A DNA stretch of 38,097 nucleotides, taken from the IMG/VR virus record IMGVR_UViG_2778261087_000005, one strand, 5' to 3'. Below, one piece after another: positions 33,580 to 38,097 of the stretch (its first letter is position 1; each line of letters opens with the position of its first letter). The DNA is from a virus (taxonomy: Duplodnaviria > Heunggongvirae > Uroviricota > Caudoviricetes). Under the pieces are notes generated by a model that saw nothing but the letters and a program-made list of their open reading frames with translations, was not told the origin of the DNA and ran no database searches. A program made the position numbers and the translations under genes.

Positions 33580-36043
33580 GATATCAAATTTTCCAGGAAC
33601 GCCTAAGCTGCGTTGCAGGGTGTCAAACGGCACCCTTTTTTATGATTGGCTGGCGGCCAATGATGGTAACTTTCACCGCGATCTGCTGATCGTCCGCAAC
33701 GGCGTAAAGCTGGGCGAAGATGATGAGCTGGCGTTTGAGCTATGCGAACTGGACACCATCCAGATTTTCGACCAGCCAAAGGGCATTATTGGCGACATTC
33801 TCAGCCCTATTTTCAAAGTTGTCGGCGCGGTCTTCTCGTTCCTTGCTCCCAAGCCGGCGATCGCCAACACAGGCGGCAACACGATTGACTCGCCAAACAA
33901 TAGCCTGACCGGTCAGACGAATACGGCGCGCGTCTACAAAGCAAAGCCGGACATCTACGGGCAAATCCGTTCGTTCCCGGACCTGATTCAGGAATCACTG
34001 TTCGAATACGTGCGCCAGAGCGACACGGATGGCGGCCTGAAGTACGTTACTGAGTGGATGTGCATCGGGATCGGCAAATATGATTACGAGTCTGTGCGTT
34101 ATTCAGAGTCCAGCCTTGGAAGTATGGCCGGAGCAGAGTTCCAGTTTTACCAGCCGGGGGAAGTGATACCCACCATCAACGAAGGGTACGGTTTCGACGA
34201 CGTGGACGGCCAGGAGGTGCCCGGGCAAAACGAATCGGACAATTTCCCGATCGAGACTGCTACGGCCACCACGGTTGTTAGCGGCACATACTCCGGCGGG
34301 CAGATTGCGGTAAAAATTATCAAGCAGGCTGAGTTTGATTACTTCATGGGTCTGGTCCTGCCGCACGCCGTTACTTTTACGATTAACGTCACCTACAGCA
34401 CGCCAACCGGCAACGTAACGCAGGATGTCGATTTCTCCGGCACGCTGATATCGGCTGTCGAAACAAACGACGGCGCGGTGGTTAACCCGGTCCGGTGGTA
34501 CACATTCACGATGGGGGATCTAATTGGCCCTCCTGACGTGCCGGCAACGGCGACTATTAACACGACGAAGTTCATCCTTAACGATAACGAAGCGCTAGTG
34601 GTAGGCCCGTTCTTCTCGCCGGTCGAATCTGCCCAGTTATGGCTGCACACTCAGGTGCAGCTGGGCGGCAAAAAGTCCGCTGACTGGAAGGTCACAATCT
34701 GGAAAATTGACGATGACTACAACCAGGTGCCGGGTACTCAGCAGACGTTCACGTATCACCAGGGGACGCCGCACAAATCATCCAGCGAAGTGTTTTATCG
34801 CACTGACAAGCTGACGCCGACCGGCGGTTTCGGCAAGTACGCTATTAACTTCCAGCGCACAGATAACTCGAGTGATGCCTCTATCCTGAAGGTTGAGGAG
34901 ATCCACTCGGTCAACGTCAGAACCAACGTCGTGCATCCAACCGATACGCTGGTGCGCGTGAAGGTAAGAGCGACAGAGAACGCGCTGGGCAGTCGTGATC
35001 GCAAATACAACGCCCTGGTGACGCGCCAAACCATCAGTTACAACCTGACGACGCAGGCGGTGGATTACACCCTTAGGGCCTCGCGCTCGTTCGCTGATGC
35101 AGTGGCGCATACCTGGCTGATTATGGGCGAGCAGCCGGTAAGTAGCATTGACCTGTACGGACTGTACTCGATTGCCGAAAGTCTGCCGGATGAGCGCCTG
35201 GGTTACTTCGACTACACGTTTGACGACGAGAACGATTCTCTCGGCGACCGCGTGCAGGCGATCTGCAATGCAGCGTCAGTCATTGCGTACTGGGATGACG
35301 GCGTGCTGACTTTTACTCGCGATCAGAAGGTTGATTACCCGGCTGCCGTATTCAACCGGGCCAACATGAAGACGGACGAGTACAAAATGACGTACGAGGC
35401 CACTCTTCCTGGCGGCTACGACGGCGTGCAGGTGTCCTACGTTCATCCAACCACGAACAACAAGACGTACATCAACTACCGCGTGCTGAACGGCGCTATC
35501 GTCGAGCAGGAAGCGGAGAACCCGAACATAATCGAGATAGTCGGATTTCGTAACGAGTATCAGGCGCGGGAACGCGCACTGCGCGAAACGAAGCGCCTTA
35601 TCTACTCCCGGGTGAAGATGAACGCCAAAGTATTTGAGGACGGGATCATGCAGGTCGGTAGCGTCGTGCAGATTGCGGATATCTACGACAGTAACCAGCA
35701 GCAGGGATACATCACCGGCCGCGCCGGGAATAACTTTGATACAAGCGAGCCGATCGCGTTTACCGGCTCGATGTATGTCCTGGTGACCGACAGCCTGGGC
35801 AACCCGACTCTGCGCTATCCGGCGACGACACGCGCCGACACTAAGTACGGATTCACCGCGGCAATACCCGACATTCAACTCAATATCTGGAACGGAGACA
35901 CTGTACAGCTCCCGTCGCGCTACCTCATAGCAACGGTGGAGGAGCTGAACAGCCAGCTATGGACGGTCAACAGCATCAAGCCGAACACAGATAACACGGT
36001 ATCTCTGACCGTCGCGGAATATAGCGACGCCATCTACCCATAA
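33566..36043 (+). CDS. Tail tip / host-specificity protein
   Basis: About 825 aa from ATG 33566, overlapping the upstream stop; position before the tail fibre; domain identity not verified. Confidence 0.6.
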   Translation: MALVEISNFPGTPKLRCRVSNGTLFYDWLAANDGNFHRDLLIVRNGVKLGEDDELAFELCELDTIQIFDQPKGIIGDILSPIFKVVGAVFSFLAPKPAIANTGGNTIDSPNNSLTGQTNTARVYKAKPDIYGQIRSFPDLIQESLFEYVRQSDTDGGLKYVTEWMCIGIGKYDYESVRYSESSLGSMAGAEFQFYQPGEVIPTINEGYGFDDVDGQEVPGQNESDNFPIETATATTVVSGTYSGGQIAVKIIKQAEFDYFMGLVLPHAVTFTINVTYSTPTGNVTQDVDFSGTLISAVETNDGAVVNPVRWYTFTMGDLIGPPDVPATATINTTKFILNDNEALVVGPFFSPVESAQLWLHTQVQLGGKKSADWKVTIWKIDDDYNQVPGTQQTFTYHQGTPHKSSSEVFYRTDKLTPTGGFGKYAINFQRTDNSSDASILKVEEIHSVNVRTNVVHPTDTLVRVKVRATENALGSRDRKYNALVTRQTISYNLTTQAVDYTLRASRSFADAVAHTWLIMGEQPVSSIDLYGLYSIAESLPDERLGYFDYTFDDENDSLGDRVQAICNAASVIAYWDDGVLTFTRDQKVDYPAAVFNRANMKTDEYKMTYEATLPGGYDGVQVSYVHPTTNNKTYINYRVLNGAIVEQEAENPNIIEIVGFRNEYQARERALRETKRLIYSRVKMNAKVFEDGIMQVGSVVQIADIYDSNQQQGYITGRAGNNFDTSEPIAFTGSMYVLVTDSLGNPTLRYPATTRADTKYGFTAAIPDIQLNIWNGDTVQLPSRYLIATVEELNSQLWTVNSIKPNTDNTVSLTVAEYSDAIYP

Positions 36044-36064
36044 GACCCATCCTGACCAACATAA

Positions 36065-36088
36065 CCCGGCCAATGAGCCGGGTTTTTT
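36065..36088 (+). terminator. Intrinsic terminator
   Basis: CCCGGC-caauga-GCCGGG followed by UUUUUU. Confidence 0.7.
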
Positions 36089-36099
36089 ATGGAATAAAT

Positions 36100-38097
36100 A
36101 TGGCTACTACACCTACCAATCAGCCCGTACCGAGCGAGTCCCCTAGCGACCTTAAATTCAACGCAGGGAAGATTGACCAATTCGTTACCTCAATGGCTCT
36201 TCAGTACATTGATCGTCTTGGGGTATCTCATTACACCATTGAGGGGCTGAAGGAGCTTGTTCTTCAGCAGATCTACAATCTTGGTTGGAATCTGGCAGGA
36301 ACATTCCAGGACGGAGCTATCGTTACGGCAGCTGGTGACCTTCTACAGGATGAAACGACGGGTGTATGGTATCGGTGGGACGATCTCAGCACATTGCCGA
36401 AAACTGTGCCAGCAGGGTCAACTCCAGAATCGTCAGGTGGTACTGGCGAAGGAAAGTGGCAGCCTGTTGATGTTACTGACGTGCTGCGTAAAGACCTGGC
36501 AAAAACTACTGGAGCGGGGCTGTCAGGATTCTCCCCTAGCGAGACATATCCAGACAATACCGTAGGTGCTGCATTAGTGCATACCGACTGGTTCAGCTAC
36601 ATTCAGCGCAATCTCTTGGCAGAAAAGCTGAAAAAATTAAGAGATGGGACTCTTTTCACCCTCACTTGGTATGGCGACTCCAACTCTGTACGAGAGAACG
36701 AAAACGTGCAGGCCCAGTTCAGGGTCGCGATGAATAGCGCATATGGGACAGGGAAAGTAACCACCATCAGCCGAGCTACGTCCGGATTCAGTGCGAAAGA
36801 CGCCTTCGATACATATACCACTAACCACTCGGGTGATGTTTCTCTGATTAACTTCGGCACAAATGACGCTTCGTCGCAGTACGGGTATCCATTTACCGGG
36901 AACATTGCGCAGTACTTGGGCTGGATTGAAAAACTGATAGTCAGAGAGCTGACATGGGGTCACCCAGTGGTGTTGTTGACCCCGCTGCCTCTGCGCTTCG
37001 ATAAGGCTTACGAGACTTACACCACATCGAGCCCAAGCGATCCATTCCCGACAGTAAAGCGTGTCGATGCCCAGCAGATGGGTAACGCGCTGAAATATCT
37101 AGCAGACAAATATTCGGTGCCTGTTATTGATAGCGTCGAGCTAATGGCGGGTTATCGAGACAACATTTATGCATCTACCACTCAGTCTATCAACGTAGGT
37201 ACTCAGTTTGGTGATCCTGTTCACTTGGTTCTAAATGCTTCTTCGGCATGGGGATTCAAGATTGCCGCGGCCTTCATCGGTGAATTGGTCATGCGTAAGA
37301 CAGTTGTATCTGACGGCTCTCAGCTAACCATCAGAAAGCTATATGACCCGGTTGCAATTAACTCGTCACGGTTAGCAAGTGATATCTACAAATACTATGC
37401 GAACTCAGCAGAGGCCGCATTTGCTTATGGGGATAACATTGTTGGCAACAGATGCCTGAACCTAACCGCAGGAGAAAGGGTTACCTGGTCATTCTTCACC
37501 GAGACAGATGAATTGATAGCGTGGCCGGTGCTCTATGTACCATCAGGTTCTGTAGTGAACGTATATCTTGATGGTGACAATATTAGACCCCCTAAGCCAC
37601 TTGATATGAACCGCGACCTCGCAGCCGCTAATGAAACACCGTTAATAGTTATCAACTTTGGTTTCAATACGGTAAACCAGCCAATCGGCTATCTTAAGCC
37701 AACCACTAAGACTGAGATCAATAACTACCTCCGCGTAAACTCTCGCGGGTGGCACACAATTACCGTTAACGTGTCATCTGGAGCGGCCTACTGCTCTGGG
37801 ATAGAGTTCTGGAGCCAGTCACGGATGACTGCTGAGCAAAATAAAAAGGATGCAGGTGATATCTACGACTGGACTACTGGGGATATCCACGGTGCCAGGA
37901 GAGGAGTTTCATATTATGCCTTCCCCGCGTCAACAGGTAAGCCTAGCGGCATAACCGCTGGTATCTTTGATATCAAAGAAAAGGCAAGCGACGCATCGAT
38001 AGGGATTATTCGATTTTATGAGGCAGCCCCAACTCCGGGAAGAGTGTGGACGCAGTTGAAAACGAGTGGGGTGTGGGGAGCCTGGGTCCAGGCATAA
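36100..38097 (+). CDS. Tail fibre/tailspike with SGNH-hydrolase-like (GDSN) motif
   Basis: ATG 36100, downstream of the terminator; the track start 36073 lies inside the hairpin. LTWYGDSNS matches the SGNH block I motif. TAA stop at the last window bases. Confidence 0.65.
   Translation: MATTPTNQPVPSESPSDLKFNAGKIDQFVTSMALQYIDRLGVSHYTIEGLKELVLQQIYNLGWNLAGTFQDGAIVTAAGDLLQDETTGVWYRWDDLSTLPKTVPAGSTPESSGGTGEGKWQPVDVTDVLRKDLAKTTGAGLSGFSPSETYPDNTVGAALVHTDWFSYIQRNLLAEKLKKLRDGTLFTLTWYGDSNSVRENENVQAQFRVAMNSAYGTGKVTTISRATSGFSAKDAFDTYTTNHSGDVSLINFGTNDASSQYGYPFTGNIAQYLGWIEKLIVRELTWGHPVVLLTPLPLRFDKAYETYTTSSPSDPFPTVKRVDAQQMGNALKYLADKYSVPVIDSVELMAGYRDNIYASTTQSINVGTQFGDPVHLVLNASSAWGFKIAAAFIGELVMRKTVVSDGSQLTIRKLYDPVAINSSRLASDIYKYYANSAEAAFAYGDNIVGNRCLNLTAGERVTWSFFTETDELIAWPVLYVPSGSVVNVYLDGDNIRPPKPLDMNRDLAAANETPLIVINFGFNTVNQPIGYLKPTTKTEINNYLRVNSRGWHTITVNVSSGAAYCSGIEFWSQSRMTAEQNKKDAGDIYDWTTGDIHGARRGVSYYAFPASTGKPSGITAGIFDIKEKASDASIGIIRFYEAAPTPGRVWTQLKTSGVWGAWVQA

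Larger units (their letters stand above)
1795..38097. mobile_element. Lambdoid siphovirus-type prophage (left end truncated, no integrase; right end beyond window)
   Basis: Contiguous synteny: xis-like, CI/Cro, O, DnaB, NinB, NinG, Q-like, holin, endolysin, Rz/Rz1, TerS, TerL, portal, head, tail, tape measure, tail fibre. Left boundary lies somewhere in 1249-1795 and is not resolved. Confidence 0.9.

Noticed and set aside
36073-36099. Tail fibre start at ATG 36073
   Set aside because: That ATG lies inside the terminator hairpin of the upstream gene; ATG 36100 downstream of the U-run is preferred.
1-38097. CRISPR arrays, insertion sequences, rRNA genes
   Set aside because: No regularly spaced direct repeats, terminal inverted repeats with transposase ORFs, or rRNA-like sequence seen by eye; no computational repeat search was run.

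Overview
The window holds the end of a sucrose-utilisation locus (a cscB-like LacY-family permease, 1-1248) abutting a lambdoid siphovirus-type prophage that runs from about 1.8 kb to the window end and continues beyond it. The prophage order is: a short leftward early arm (xis-like gene, small ORFs, an N-position gene followed by an intrinsic terminator); an immunity region (CI-like repressor with an S24 peptidase domain, co-operonic with an unknown 195-aa gene, and a divergent Cro-like gene); replication genes (O-like initiator, DnaB-like helicase); a nin region (NinB, NinG/Rap); a Q-position gene; a lysis cassette (two-TM holin, SAR endolysin, Rz/Rz1); terminase small and large subunits; portal; head and tail genes; tape measure; tail-tip proteins; and a tail fibre carrying a GDS(N) SGNH-hydrolase motif. 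No integrase or Red-type recombination genes are present, so the left end looks truncated. The most interesting content is a set of at least seven AT-rich cargo genes (morons) of unknown function at classical lambdoid hotspots, most with their own intrinsic terminators: downstream of cI, antisense in the nin region, in the Q-holin interval (the stx-equivalent position), after Rz1, inside the head module, and just before the tape measure gene. Two of them (79 and 89 aa) share motifs and bracket the lysis cassette. All family assignments are from reading the translations and from synteny; no database search or computation was run, GC content was judged by eye, and coordinates of non-coding features are good to about +/-2 nt.
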